A DNA stretch of 64,000 bases. It comes from an uncultured Dehalococcoidales bacterium (lineage in GTDB: Bacteria > Chloroflexota > Dehalococcoidia > GIF9 > UBA5629). Under the pieces are notes generated by a model that saw nothing but the letters and a program-made list of their open reading frames with translations, had not been told where the DNA came from and did no database searches. The DNA is taken from the NCBI GenBank assembly GCA_964548415.1, contig CAZJQG010000001.1:13680-77679 (forward strand), in the 5' to 3' direction. The number at the start of each line of letters is the position of its first letter. The first letter of the stretch is position 1. Position numbers and translations under genes: made by a program. This document shows, piece after piece, positions 1 through 8,945 of the stretch.

Positions 1-44
1 ACAGCTTCGTTCTGTCTAAATTCAGGGCGAGTACTTCGGGTATC

Positions 45-647
45 ATGAGCAGTTTTCAGGTAAAGTGCTATATAGCCGATCCCGAGGCGCCTCCTGCCCA
101 CGTGAAGGTAGGAATTTATGCCGATAACGCGGGAGTACCGGGAGCGCTGCTCAACAAAATAGACGATTCTGATAATGTTACTGTCCTCTCGGGCTGGAAC
201 CCGGTAAACTTCGATGCTACGAGTATCGTAAGTAGAACTTACTACTGGTTAGCGGGGATTGCCGATGCCGACGTTATTTCTGTAAAGAGCCCCAATGAGC
301 CGAGCTTGAATAAAAGTGCTGCATTCACAGGTTTCCTGTTCCCCAATCCGGCCGGGACTGGATTGACTACGCCAACTCCAGCAAACACCTATATGTTCCG
401 CGGCTTCTCAAACAGCCAGGCATTCATATTTCTTATGTCCGTCTGTTGTAAGGTAAATTTGCAGCCCAATGCTTCATTCTATGGCTCTATAGCGGGTGAG
501 ACGAATGTCGAACTGTCACCGCACTGCACCATCAATCTCGTAGATTACGATGAAAACGAACTCGAATTTCCCGGCGTTGGCGGGTCTGCTACCGGTCCTA
601 GTACCGGCGGCAACAGCCCGCCAATACTCACTTATAACATCGAGTAG
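45..647 (+). CDS. hypothetical protein lying upstream of the pilus-assembly genes
   Basis: 200 aa ORF. An in-frame stop at 18-20 prevents any upstream extension. No recognisable motif. Same strand and close spacing to the PilO/PilM-like genes. Confidence 0.3.
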   Translation: MSSFQVKCYIADPEAPPAHVKVGIYADNAGVPGALLNKIDDSDNVTVLSGWNPVNFDATSIVSRTYYWLAGIADADVISVKSPNEPSLNKSAAFTGFLFPNPAGTGLTTPTPANTYMFRGFSNSQAFIFLMSVCCKVNLQPNASFYGSIAGETNVELSPHCTINLVDYDENELEFPGVGGSATGPSTGGNSPPILTYNIE

Positions 648-843
648 TCGACACCGGCTAGGCGTACAACCTGACACCTGGCCGGTGAAGTCGCTGTCTT
701 TATTTAACAGGCAGATTCTGAAATTATGAAGCGCGACTTACAATAATGCCACGTTGCGCTTAAGCGGGTCCGACATCTGGCTGTTCTGTTTTTTTTAACA
801 TAAAAGTGATAAACTACACGCAGTTTACCGAAATTTAGAGATA

Positions 844-1425
844 ATGAAACAACAAGATACAACAGAAAAGAAGCCGGGCATTCTTGACCGGTTGCCCAAG
901 CTGGGCAAGACCAGCCAGTTCGTGCTGCTGATAGGTATTTTTCTGGTTATTTTCGTGGGTCTGTTTATGCTCGACCGTCAGCTGTCGACCAAGAAAACGG
1001 AGCTGAACGGAACTATGACCAACCTGCAGAGAATACTTTCGGGAGCACAAACTCCGCAGAGTAAGTTCGAGTCGGATCTGGCCGTGGCTACAGCTGAAAG
1101 TGAGGCTGCTAAGGGTGCTTACCCTGACCCGAACCAGGCGCCTGAAATAATGGACAGCCTGTTGGAACTGGCAAGCGCTAATGATATTTATGTTATCAGT
1201 ACGGCCATATCAAGTGATACAAAAAAAGGAGATATCGGCCCTACGCTCACCTTTACGCTTGGGCTTAAAGGACAGATACCAAAGTTTGAAAACTTTCTGC
1301 TTGCTCTGGATTCCAAGCTACCCACTTCACAGATCAGCAACTTTACCTTTACAGTAGCCAGTATAGAGGGTAACTATGACAGCGGCACGGTAAAAATTAC
1401 CGTACTGAGTTATGCAGGTGAATAG
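844..1425 (+). CDS. type IV pilus assembly membrane protein (PilO/PilN-like)
   Basis: N-terminal single TM helix (FVLLIGIFLVIFVGLFML) followed by a coiled-coil/periplasmic-type region. Sits 6 nt upstream of the PilM-like gene. Confidence 0.35.
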   Translation: MKQQDTTEKKPGILDRLPKLGKTSQFVLLIGIFLVIFVGLFMLDRQLSTKKTELNGTMTNLQRILSGAQTPQSKFESDLAVATAESEAAKGAYPDPNQAPEIMDSLLELASANDIYVISTAISSDTKKGDIGPTLTFTLGLKGQIPKFENFLLALDSKLPTSQISNFTFTVASIEGNYDSGTVKITVLSYAGE

Positions 1426-1430
1426 CAGCC

Positions 1431-2828
1431 ATGATAACACTTAATATCGAAGATACTGCTATTAAGCTCATGCTGGTCAGGGGGAGGCAGGTTGAGACGT
1501 CAGCCAGCTTGCCCCTTGAGCCCGGTCTGGTCCATGACGGCATTGTCACCAATCCGGCTATCGTGGGCAGGCATTTAAGCGAGCTTATGGCAGCTAATGG
1601 CATAGGGGAGAAAAGGGTACTGGTTAGCCTCAGTGGTATACATGCCATCTATCGCGTGGTTCCCGTGCCTAAGTTGCCTGGAAATCTAATGGCCGAAGCA
1701 GCCAAGCGAGAAATGGAAAGGGTAATGCCGGTATCACTGAACGAACTCTATACCTCGTGGCAACCAATCAACATATCAGACGTAGAGACGATAATCTGCC
1801 TGGTAGGACTACCACGAAATACTGTCGATGCCATGATAGAGACGTTACGCCAGGCTGGCCTGCAGCCCGACGCCATGGATATCAAGCCTTTGTCTGTAGC
1901 CAGAGTCACGGATGAGAGAGATGCTATTGTCATAAATGCCGACTCGACCGGCTTTGATATTGTAGTCATGATAGGAGGCATACCGGAACTGCTCCGCAGT
2001 TTGCCCTACACATCTGAGGCAGGAACGCCTGAGGAAAAAATAGACGAAGTCAAAGAGGAATTAGAGCGGACGATATCGTTTTATAACTCGAGCCACAAAG
2101 GCGCTGAAATCACCAATAGAATGGCGGCGTTTGTCAGTGGAGAGTTGGGAGAGCAGCTGGCACAAACGCTCGACTATAGGATTAAGCCGCTGCCCCGGGT
2201 GCTATCTTATTCCGACAGTTTGAATATCAGCGAGTATGCTGCCAATACCGGATTGGCTCTAAGGCAGGCAAAAAGTGAACTCAGCCCTGTGCGAGTTAGC
2301 CTCAGCGTAACACCAGAGGTATTTCTACCGAAGCCGTTTCCGGTCATGCAGCTCGCCTCCTGGGCTTTTATCGCCTTAGCCGCTATTGTAGTGATATTGT
2401 TCGGTATCAGAACCGTCCAAACATACCTGGATACCACGATGCTGCAAATTCGGATTTCCAGCGCAGAGAACCAGATGATTGCCAGGCAAGGCACCGCTAC
2501 TTCAGTAAAGCAAATTCAAGCCCAGATCGACGCTGCTAATCAAACTACTGCCACTTTTAAGACACCTCTTGATACCGCCAAAGCTCAACGGGAGAGTGTA
2601 AACGACGACTTGAGCACCATTACCAGCTTGCTACCGGGTATAGTGGATTTGAACTCAATTACTTATGGGACGGATGGTTATTTCGTAACCGGCACCGCTC
2701 CGGACGAGAGCACCATTGTTGACTATGTTCGTGCCTTAACGAACTCTGCCAAGTTCTCACAGGTGTTGATATCCGGTATGAACGAAGCAGAATTCAACAA
2801 GTGGCAGTTTACCCTGAAACTTGAATAG
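1431..2828 (+). CDS. pilM: PilM-like actin-fold pilus assembly ATPase fused to a PilN-like TM/coiled-coil C-terminus
   Basis: The first ~300 aa resemble PilM (IGIDIG-type start, LSVARV...). A TM segment (LASWAFIALAAIVVILFGI) and a Q/T-rich coiled coil follow. Confidence 0.55.
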   Translation: MITLNIEDTAIKLMLVRGRQVETSASLPLEPGLVHDGIVTNPAIVGRHLSELMAANGIGEKRVLVSLSGIHAIYRVVPVPKLPGNLMAEAAKREMERVMPVSLNELYTSWQPINISDVETIICLVGLPRNTVDAMIETLRQAGLQPDAMDIKPLSVARVTDERDAIVINADSTGFDIVVMIGGIPELLRSLPYTSEAGTPEEKIDEVKEELERTISFYNSSHKGAEITNRMAAFVSGELGEQLAQTLDYRIKPLPRVLSYSDSLNISEYAANTGLALRQAKSELSPVRVSLSVTPEVFLPKPFPVMQLASWAFIALAAIVVILFGIRTVQTYLDTTMLQIRISSAENQMIARQGTATSVKQIQAQIDAANQTTATFKTPLDTAKAQRESVNDDLSTITSLLPGIVDLNSITYGTDGYFVTGTAPDESTIVDYVRALTNSAKFSQVLISGMNEAEFNKWQFTLKLE

Positions 2829-2829
2829 A

Positions 2830-3805
2830 CTTTCTGGTTCCAACTTAAGGTAGTGGGTCAATTTGAATTTGACTGAATTTGAAATTTTTTCTGAACGTAT
2901 GTTTGCGGTAAGTACGCCGCAGTATCTTGGATGATTTCCCCAATACTCCAAACATGATCGGTAATTCCCGCCGCCATCGCTGGGGTTACGCCCAAGGTTT
3001 TATGTACCCTGGCAAAATTATAGAACATGAAATGCAACGCTACGGCGTGCTTTAAGTTATCTATTTTCTTTGAGAAGCCGTTGGTTAGCCTGGTGAATCG
3101 CCGCATAGCCATTCTCATAGTTAGGTTCTGTCTTTCAATGTAACTCGTAGATATTTGCGTGCGGTCAGGATTGCCCCTTATGACGTGGGTTTCAGTACCT
3201 AGACATTCCGATGGAGTATAACGCTTATCACCGCCGGGTTCTGCGCCATATAGCTTTATAAGCTGCGCGTAGTCTATTTCATCGCCGAACACATCATCTA
3301 CTGCGTCAAGATACATTCTATGACCGTCAGTAGTTAACTGAACTCTATTGATTAGCCTACGCCTTAAATCGGTTAAGAATTCAGTGGCAAAGCGTAGCGT
3401 TCTAAGGCCCACTAACCAGCAGGGCACTAACTTGATATCGGCATCCATAGCCACGTAAGTCCACACATCGCCATAACCTAGCTTGCCGCGTTTCCTGCGG
3501 GGTAAATGATCTTGCTTCGCATAGCAGAATGACCATATTTCATCGCACTGTAATCTAGTGCTTTTCAGGTTCTTTAGGTTCTTAAATTGGTACAGGTAAC
3601 ATGCTTTGCCTACATCTATTAGTAAGCGGGTAACTGTACCCTTAGCAACACCAGTCATCCGGCAGGTAGCCCGAATCGAATTACCCTCCACTAGAGCGGT
3701 AATTACTTGGGTTCTCTGCCTTAAACTTAACTGGTTCATACCTATATTATACTTGACCGCTCAAGCATTGTCAATAGGGAATAGGCTAATTTAAGAAAAT
3801 AATTG
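2830..3805 (-). mobile_element. IS1-family insertion sequence; ends are approximate and the inverted repeats are not resolved
   Basis: The transposase ORF starts 30 nt after the pilM/N stop. The flanks are AT-rich. I could not identify convincing terminal inverted repeats. Confidence 0.4.
2858..3739 (-). CDS. IS1-family DDE transposase (single fused InsA/InsB-type ORF)
   Basis: N-terminal HTH. DEIWSFCYAKQ matches IS1 InsB DEQWGYVGAKS. TDGHRMYLD matches TDGWPLYES. YIERQNLTMRMAMRRFTRLTNGFSKK matches [26 protein letters not shown]. Confidence 0.7.
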   Translation of the reverse strand: MNQLSLRQRTQVITALVEGNSIRATCRMTGVAKGTVTRLLIDVGKACYLYQFKNLKNLKSTRLQCDEIWSFCYAKQDHLPRRKRGKLGYGDVWTYVAMDADIKLVPCWLVGLRTLRFATEFLTDLRRRLINRVQLTTDGHRMYLDAVDDVFGDEIDYAQLIKLYGAEPGGDKRYTPSECLGTETHVIRGNPDRTQISTSYIERQNLTMRMAMRRFTRLTNGFSKKIDNLKHAVALHFMFYNFARVHKTLGVTPAMAAGITDHVWSIGEIIQDTAAYLPQTYVQKKFQIQSNSN

Positions 3806-3815
3806 TGATTATTAT

Positions 3816-4952
3816 TTATTGATCAGATTTATGTTTGTTCTTAATGATCTCTTCAGCTATTCTTATTGCTGCCCTACGCTCGTTCACGATAGAAGCTTTT
3901 CGAGAATTTGAGTTAAGGTATATATCGCGCACTTCTCCCTCAGTAAGGCATAGTAATTCTGCCAATTCTTTTGCTGTATATTTCATATCGGCTATGTAAG
4001 TTATGATAATTTCATTAAGTAGGTTGGGGGGTTCTTTCTGTAGGTCAACCTCGACCGGCTCACGTAATCTGTAGCCTGCCTTACTCATTTGGGTCCATAA
4101 ATTCCTTGCTTGCCTAGTGGTTATTTCGCTCAAATCCGATGCACGTTTCAGCAACGCAGCCATGGATACCTTCCAATATTGCTTCAAAGTGGCCAATTTT
4201 TCCAAAGATAAATCTCTGAGATACGGACGAATTTCGGACTCAGGCATCAGAAATTCGGAAGCAAATTCATCGGCCTGGCTTTCCATATTGGGATAGATAC
4301 TTTCCTGATGCATAATAATATGACCTACTTCATGACAAAGAGTAAAACGCAAACGGTCTGTAGGACTATATGTATTAACAAAAAAAAGGGGGGGCATATC
4401 AGATTGCCAATGACTCATTGCGTCTATCCTGTTAGTTCTGAAATCGAAGGGGATAACCAGGCCACGTTGACTTTCAATAACATCCACCAAGTTTTGTACT
4501 GGCCCCTTGGGTAATTGCCATCCCGCCCGGACGATACGTGCAATTTCCTTGGGTTTGTCATCAAAATCAGCCAGATCTATTTGCCTTATATTTACTTTGC
4601 CAATATTAACGCCACGAAGTAATTTCCGTATATTCATAGTTCTGATGCTGACTTGCGCATAAACAGCGTTCAATATTTTGTTAGGTATATTTTGCCGCTT
4701 GCGATTAAACATCTCACTAATACTTGGGCCGTACACTTTTTCGTCCTGAAAGAAAAAGGTCGGGGGGTAGCCCAATACCGTCGATAATTTCTTTAGGTCC
4801 GCATCATTAATACCACGCATCCCCCCCTCGACTCTGGAAAGCCATCCTTGTGATACAGACAATTTGTCCGCTAATTCTTGCTGAGTAACACCCCGTGATT
4901 CCCTTGCAAGAACTACCATTATTGAGTTTATTCTTTTATCCTTACGCGCCAT
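3816..4952 (-). CDS. fused XRE-family HTH / ImmA-IrrE (COG2856) zinc metallopeptidase regulator
   Basis: N-terminal HTH (RGVTQQELADKLSVSQGWLSRVE). HEXXH zinc motif HEVGHIIMH with a downstream E (EFASEFLMPE). Its start lies 2 nt after the stop of the upstream ORF. Confidence 0.75.
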   Translation of the reverse strand: MARKDKRINSIMVVLARESRGVTQQELADKLSVSQGWLSRVEGGMRGINDADLKKLSTVLGYPPTFFFQDEKVYGPSISEMFNRKRQNIPNKILNAVYAQVSIRTMNIRKLLRGVNIGKVNIRQIDLADFDDKPKEIARIVRAGWQLPKGPVQNLVDVIESQRGLVIPFDFRTNRIDAMSHWQSDMPPLFFVNTYSPTDRLRFTLCHEVGHIIMHQESIYPNMESQADEFASEFLMPESEIRPYLRDLSLEKLATLKQYWKVSMAALLKRASDLSEITTRQARNLWTQMSKAGYRLREPVEVDLQKEPPNLLNEIIITYIADMKYTAKELAELLCLTEGEVRDIYLNSNSRKASIVNERRAAIRIAEEIIKNKHKSDQ

Positions 4953-4954
4953 GC

Positions 4955-5542
4955 CTATTTATCAAGATCGTTCGTTTTTTCTTTCGGGTAAACACGCCTG
5001 CTTGGAGGATTAGAAGCTTCACTTATCTCGCCCGCACTGGAGACTTCCGGGGATTTCACCGCCGCTATTCTTAGTTCCCACTCATTATATTGCCCTCTGG
5101 GGCATATTATATATACGTCTTTAATAGCAGTCTGTAAGTCATTCCAAACGTACCCAGCAATAACATGCGTAACAGGTGAGGGCATATCTGGCAACTGGGC
5201 TTGCGTCTGATTCATTAACTGTACTATTCGCCTAGTTGGAATATTGCTTGGTCGAAGGCGATAATCCAGCTTCTTAAATCTCAGTTGGAACGAATCGCCA
5301 ATAAAAACGCTAAAAGTCTGGTGTCTACGGCTAAAAAGCAAACCAGGTAATCCTTCAAGTTCCGTGGCAGCGTTGAAGGCCATAAAATCATTAATGATAT
5401 TCGCCTTCGTTCTCTTCTTGAACTTAGACCTGGTTTGCGCATCCATCTTGTTATATTCCTCAATAGCACTGGCGATACAAGACTCGATCCGTTCTAAAAA
5501 CGGACTTAGTATGGCCCTGGCTTCCTCAAGAGTAATCATCAT
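4955..5542 (-). CDS. hypothetical protein co-transcribed upstream of the HTH-ImmA gene; candidate effector/toxin partner
   Basis: 195 aa with no recognisable motif. Good RBS (GGTGGAGG). A sigma70-like promoter and palindromic operator lie directly upstream. Confidence 0.5.
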   Translation of the reverse strand: MMITLEEARAILSPFLERIESCIASAIEEYNKMDAQTRSKFKKRTKANIINDFMAFNAATELEGLPGLLFSRRHQTFSVFIGDSFQLRFKKLDYRLRPSNIPTRRIVQLMNQTQAQLPDMPSPVTHVIAGYVWNDLQTAIKDVYIICPRGQYNEWELRIAAVKSPEVSSAGEISEASNPPSRRVYPKEKTNDLDK

Positions 5543-5561
5543 GCTTTACCTCCACCCTTAT

Positions 5562-5590
5562 AGTATACAATATTGTATGGCTCAAGTCAA
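5562..5590 (-). promoter_or_regulatory. sigma70-like promoter (TTGACT-17 nt-TATACT on the minus strand) overlapped by the 14-bp perfect palindrome ATACAATATTGTAT (5565-5578); candidate HTH operator
   Basis: Read directly from the sequence upstream of the 4955-5542 ORF. The palindrome overlaps the spacer and -10 element. Confidence 0.5.
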
Positions 5591-5644
5591 TGGCAAATAT
5601 GCCATATATTATGCCATTTCTAAGCTAAAAAAATATCGCTATTT

Positions 5645-5860
5645 CTACATCCATCTTTTTTGGGCTGCCCTCCTAGCAATTTCTTGGCGTTGCTCCGGGG
5701 TTAAACGTGCAGCCCTGGCCTTACCGCCCTTTAATCCACCCAGTCTACCAAGCGCAACAGCATGAGGATTCTTAGGGCGTTCTTCCGGTTCAGTAGTGGC
5801 CTGCTTAACAATGGAAGCAGCTAACTGGTTGGTATCTTTCTTACTTGACCGCTTAGGCAT
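5645..5860 (-). CDS. small basic protein with a KGG-type stress-protein motif (GGLKGGKARAARLTPEQRQEIARRAAQKRW)
   Basis: 71 aa. Recalled resemblance to KGG-repeat (YciG/GsiB-like) small proteins. TTGACA-17-CATACT promoter at 5867-5895 and no obvious SD, so possibly leaderless. Confidence 0.4.
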   Translation of the reverse strand: MPKRSSKKDTNQLAASIVKQATTEPEERPKNPHAVALGRLGGLKGGKARAARLTPEQRQEIARRAAQKRWM

Positions 5861-5918
5861 AGGTTAAGTATGCCATATTGTCTCTATGGTGTCAATCCAT
5901 CTCGTTGACAGGCTTATT

Positions 5919-5928
5919 CCCCCCCCCC
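5919..5928. repeat. C10 (G10) homopolymer in a divergent intergenic region
   Basis: Ten consecutive C residues. Placed in the spacer between a TTGACA box at 5905-5910 and an A-rich -10-like hexamer. Confidence 0.9.
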
Positions 5929-5981
5929 AAAATTTGAACGTTGTTTTCCTTAATTAGCTTCAAAGTGCCCATTGACGCCAA

Positions 5982-5990
5982 TGTTATAAT
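5982..5990 (+). promoter_or_regulatory. extended -10 promoter TGTTATAAT for the DUF3800 gene
   Basis: Perfect TGnTATAAT 22 nt upstream of ATG 6012. AGGAG RBS at 5999-6003. Confidence 0.5.
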
Positions 5991-6011
5991 TATCGTATAG
6001 GAGATAGAAAT

Positions 6012-6830
6012 ATGTTGGTTTTTATCGATCAAAGTGGCACTCCGCACCCGAATGATTCAGCTATACGGCCCGTATCGGTAGCCGTTTGTATGCAAGAAAG
6101 TGCATCCAGATCAATATCTGGCAGATTGCATACTCTAAAAAGGGAGTTGATTCGGCACGAAGCGCTAGAATTTAAGGCAAATCGCCTTCTTACAAGGGGC
6201 ACCTTCCGACGTTGTCCAGATAAAAGAGAACTTGTGGAGGCGTTCTTTGACTTGATAAGAAATCTTCCTATTACGGTTTTTGCAGTAATAATGGAACGGC
6301 CCATCTCTATTATACCCAAGACTACTCTTTTACCCAATCAATTTAGGTACTTATTACAGCGCTGTGATCTAGTATGTTCCGAATTACCGGAAATGACTAC
6401 AGTATTGTTTGATGGTGATTGTCGACAATGTGACAATTTGTCGCTGAAATTCAGTGCGTTTCTTTATAGGTCAAATGAGGGGCGTTCCATGACAACTATT
6501 ACAGATACGCCATTTTTTGTTGATTCACGGGTAACTGCGGGGATTCAAATGGCTGATATGGCTGCCGGTGTTATACGTATTTATGAAGAGCAACAATTAT
6601 TCCAGGGTGTGCCTTCTGGCGATTCATTTCTTTCTGCCATAAATAGATACTACAAAATATTAGAAGAGAGAACCAAGAATCAGACAAGTTCAGAGGGTTA
6701 CCCTAGAGCAGGGTTCTACCGTATGCCAGAACGAGACCATTATTACACTCTACCAACAGATCAGAACTCCACCGATATTGAAGCTGCCACTAGTAATGGA
6801 ACACCGCCTGTAAAACCAGAGAGCCAGTAG
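6012..6830 (+). CDS. DUF3800-family protein (variant with IDQSG instead of IDESG)
   Basis: N-terminal MLVFIDQSG and a central GIQMADMAAGVI, characteristic of DUF3800 (conserved DES and Q[IL]AD motifs). Confidence 0.55.
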   Translation: MLVFIDQSGTPHPNDSAIRPVSVAVCMQESASRSISGRLHTLKRELIRHEALEFKANRLLTRGTFRRCPDKRELVEAFFDLIRNLPITVFAVIMERPISIIPKTTLLPNQFRYLLQRCDLVCSELPEMTTVLFDGDCRQCDNLSLKFSAFLYRSNEGRSMTTITDTPFFVDSRVTAGIQMADMAAGVIRIYEEQQLFQGVPSGDSFLSAINRYYKILEERTKNQTSSEGYPRAGFYRMPERDHYYTLPTDQNSTDIEAATSNGTPPVKPESQ

Positions 6831-7097
6831 CAACACTCACAGAGTATTGCACCTGGCTCTTATGCTAAGAAGTATACCCTATAGATATTACTTTGTCAAG
6901 TGGTAAAAGGGTGTAGTAATATAGCATAGTACTAAAATACGTGTCAAGCCCCCCTTAACTTTATGTCCAAACTAGACCACTACCCAACTTAACATCGTTG
7001 CTCGAAATAACCCAGAACTTTATTCCAATTATTATGCTTAATATGGCTCAATGCCGGCAACTTCGACGATATTGACGATTCACCGAGTTAGAGAGGC

Positions 7098-7138
7098 CAT
7101 AAAAGAAGAAGGGGCATACCGTAGAGGTATGCCCCTTC
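7098..7138 (-). terminator. rho-independent terminator downstream of the pilin gene
   Basis: Perfect 12-bp stem gaaggggcatac / gtatgccccttc with a 7-nt loop. On the minus strand it is followed by CUUCUUUUAU. Confidence 0.55.
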
Positions 7139-7236
7139 ACCATTGTTTAATAATCTAGCTGCTAGGCGATCCGATCAAATCCGTTATACAACATTTTCAT
7201 AGTTCAAACCGACTCGTCGGATGCCAGCTACACTTG

Positions 7237-7593
7237 TTACGGGCCTCCTTGCGGAGTGCAATTAACGTCGGCAACCTGTGTAGCACAGTCTGGAACTACG
7301 ATACCATCGGTTCCGAAGGTCCAGGTCCACCTGGGGCTATCAAGCAAATACGTTCCCACCAGAGAAGGAACGTCAGCGGGCAACACTCCGTTGGCGTCTG
7401 CTTGCGCGGCTACTACCGCCGTCTGTACGTTGTGTCGCTCGGTCAAGCAGGCCTGACACGAACCTCTACCGATGAACTGACCCACCGCCAGGGTGACCAC
7501 CCCCGCCAGAGCTGCCAGGATACCGATTACCACCAGCAACTCGATGAGGGTGAAGCCTTTTTGACTTCGCATCGACTTCAATATCTTGTGCAT
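7237..7593 (-). CDS. type IV pilin-like protein (prepilin with N-terminal methylation motif)
   Basis: Leader MRSQKG then FTLIELLVVIGILAALAGV, the class III signal. Likely true start at 7572. Cys-rich C-terminus. AGGAGG RBS. Confidence 0.8.
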   Translation of the reverse strand: MHKILKSMRSQKGFTLIELLVVIGILAALAGVVTLAVGQFIGRGSCQACLTERHNVQTAVVAAQADANGVLPADVPSLVGTYLLDSPRWTWTFGTDGIVVPDCATQVADVNCTPQGGP

Positions 7594-8081
7594 TTTATTA
7601 CCAACCTCCTTTCTTTATAAGCTACAATAGAAGTTATCAATTCTGAGTATCAACGACATCTTATAGCAACGGTGTATCTGTGTCAACGGAAATCGATAGC
7701 TATTTAGTCTATTACGTTAATGAGAATATAGTACTAGTAGATAATATATAATATAGGAAATTAGTCCTAGTTCATTGGTAATGTCTCAATATAAATGGCG
7801 GCAATATTCGCCAATATCTGCTTTATTTGTCAATTATACTGTGACCGATAGTATTTGTTCGGCAGGGTTATGAATCGCTTTATCACTGTCCGGGTCGACT
7901 GATTAGCTTAAAGTTAAAGCACATCCCTGGCAACATAGCTGCTAATTGGTGCGCAGCTCGTCATCGGCATCTGGCTTAACCAAAACAGGTCTTTCTGCGG
8001 ATGCTCGGTTTCCAATGCTAAATTTAGGCTGTTTTGCTATGATATGGTTAATTCCCGGCTGCTTGTTAAAAAAGACATACA

Positions 8082-8945
8082 ATGAACAATAGAAGCCTTG
8101 TTAAACAGATAATTAGTTTGGCTGAGACGCCTAATGAAGCTAATGGCCAAAAATATCCGTCTATCAGCTTAAGAGCGCTTTCCCAACTTGCACAGGAACA
8201 CGAAATGGAAGTCAGGGATGCCGAAATAATGTCCCTTAAAAACGGTGTCATACCCCGGCGCTATCTCCGCAATATTGGTTCATTTGGTATTGCGGGGCAG
8301 GTTAAGCTGTTGCAGTCATCGGTGGCTGTCGTCGGGGCCGGCGGGCTGGGCGGCACCATCATCGAACTGCTGGCCAGACAGGGTACGGGCCATATTATCG
8401 TCATCGATGATGACTGCTTTACAGAACAGAATTTAAACCGGCAACTCTTGTCTACGGAGAAAAATCTAGGCAAATATAAGGCTGAGGCGGCAGCCAGGAG
8501 AGTTAGGCATATAAATTCAGCAGTGGCACTGACAGTATTTATAGAAAAATTGAACGAGGAAAATGCCGATAGATTGCTTAACGGTGCACAGGTAGTGGCT
8601 GACGCACTTGATAACCTGCCGTCCCGTTTCACGCTTGAGAAAGCCTGCCGTTATCTGGGGATTCCACTGGTGCACGGGACAATTGCCGGCTTTTGCGGGC
8701 AATTAACCACGATTTTCCCTGAGGACGCCGGTTTCTGCTGCATTTACGGTTCTTCAAATGAATTGCCGGAACAGGGTATGGAAGTGCAAATCGGTAATCC
8801 CTCCTCCACGCCGGCGGTTGTGGCCGCCTGGCAGGTGCAAGAAATTGTGAAGATTATTACCGGCATAGGTACGCCGCTGCGTAATGCACTCCTGGTACTA
8901 GATATGATGGATGGGACGGTCGAAAGGATTAATATTAGCCAATGA
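8082..8945 (+). CDS. ThiF/MoeB/HesA-family E1-like adenylyltransferase
   Basis: Rossmann motif VAVVGAGGLGGTIIELLARQG...IIVIDDDCFTEQNLNRQ. Its stop overlaps the prepilin peptidase start by 4 nt. Confidence 0.7.
   Translation: MNNRSLVKQIISLAETPNEANGQKYPSISLRALSQLAQEHEMEVRDAEIMSLKNGVIPRRYLRNIGSFGIAGQVKLLQSSVAVVGAGGLGGTIIELLARQGTGHIIVIDDDCFTEQNLNRQLLSTEKNLGKYKAEAAARRVRHINSAVALTVFIEKLNEENADRLLNGAQVVADALDNLPSRFTLEKACRYLGIPLVHGTIAGFCGQLTTIFPEDAGFCCIYGSSNELPEQGMEVQIGNPSSTPAVVAAWQVQEIVKIITGIGTPLRNALLVLDMMDGTVERINISQ

Noticed and set aside
2829-3815. Attempted to define IS1 terminal inverted repeats (ctggttccaacttaagg versus the 3720-3740 region).
   Set aside because: The similarity is partial and one arm lies inside the transposase start codon. 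I could not establish IRs or target-site duplications with confidence.
7620-8080. Very AT-rich 460-bp region upstream of the pilin gene, considered as a possible small mobile element or ncRNA.
   Set aside because: No repeats, hairpins or ORFs stand out. Most likely an extended promoter/UP-element region for the highly expressed pilin.
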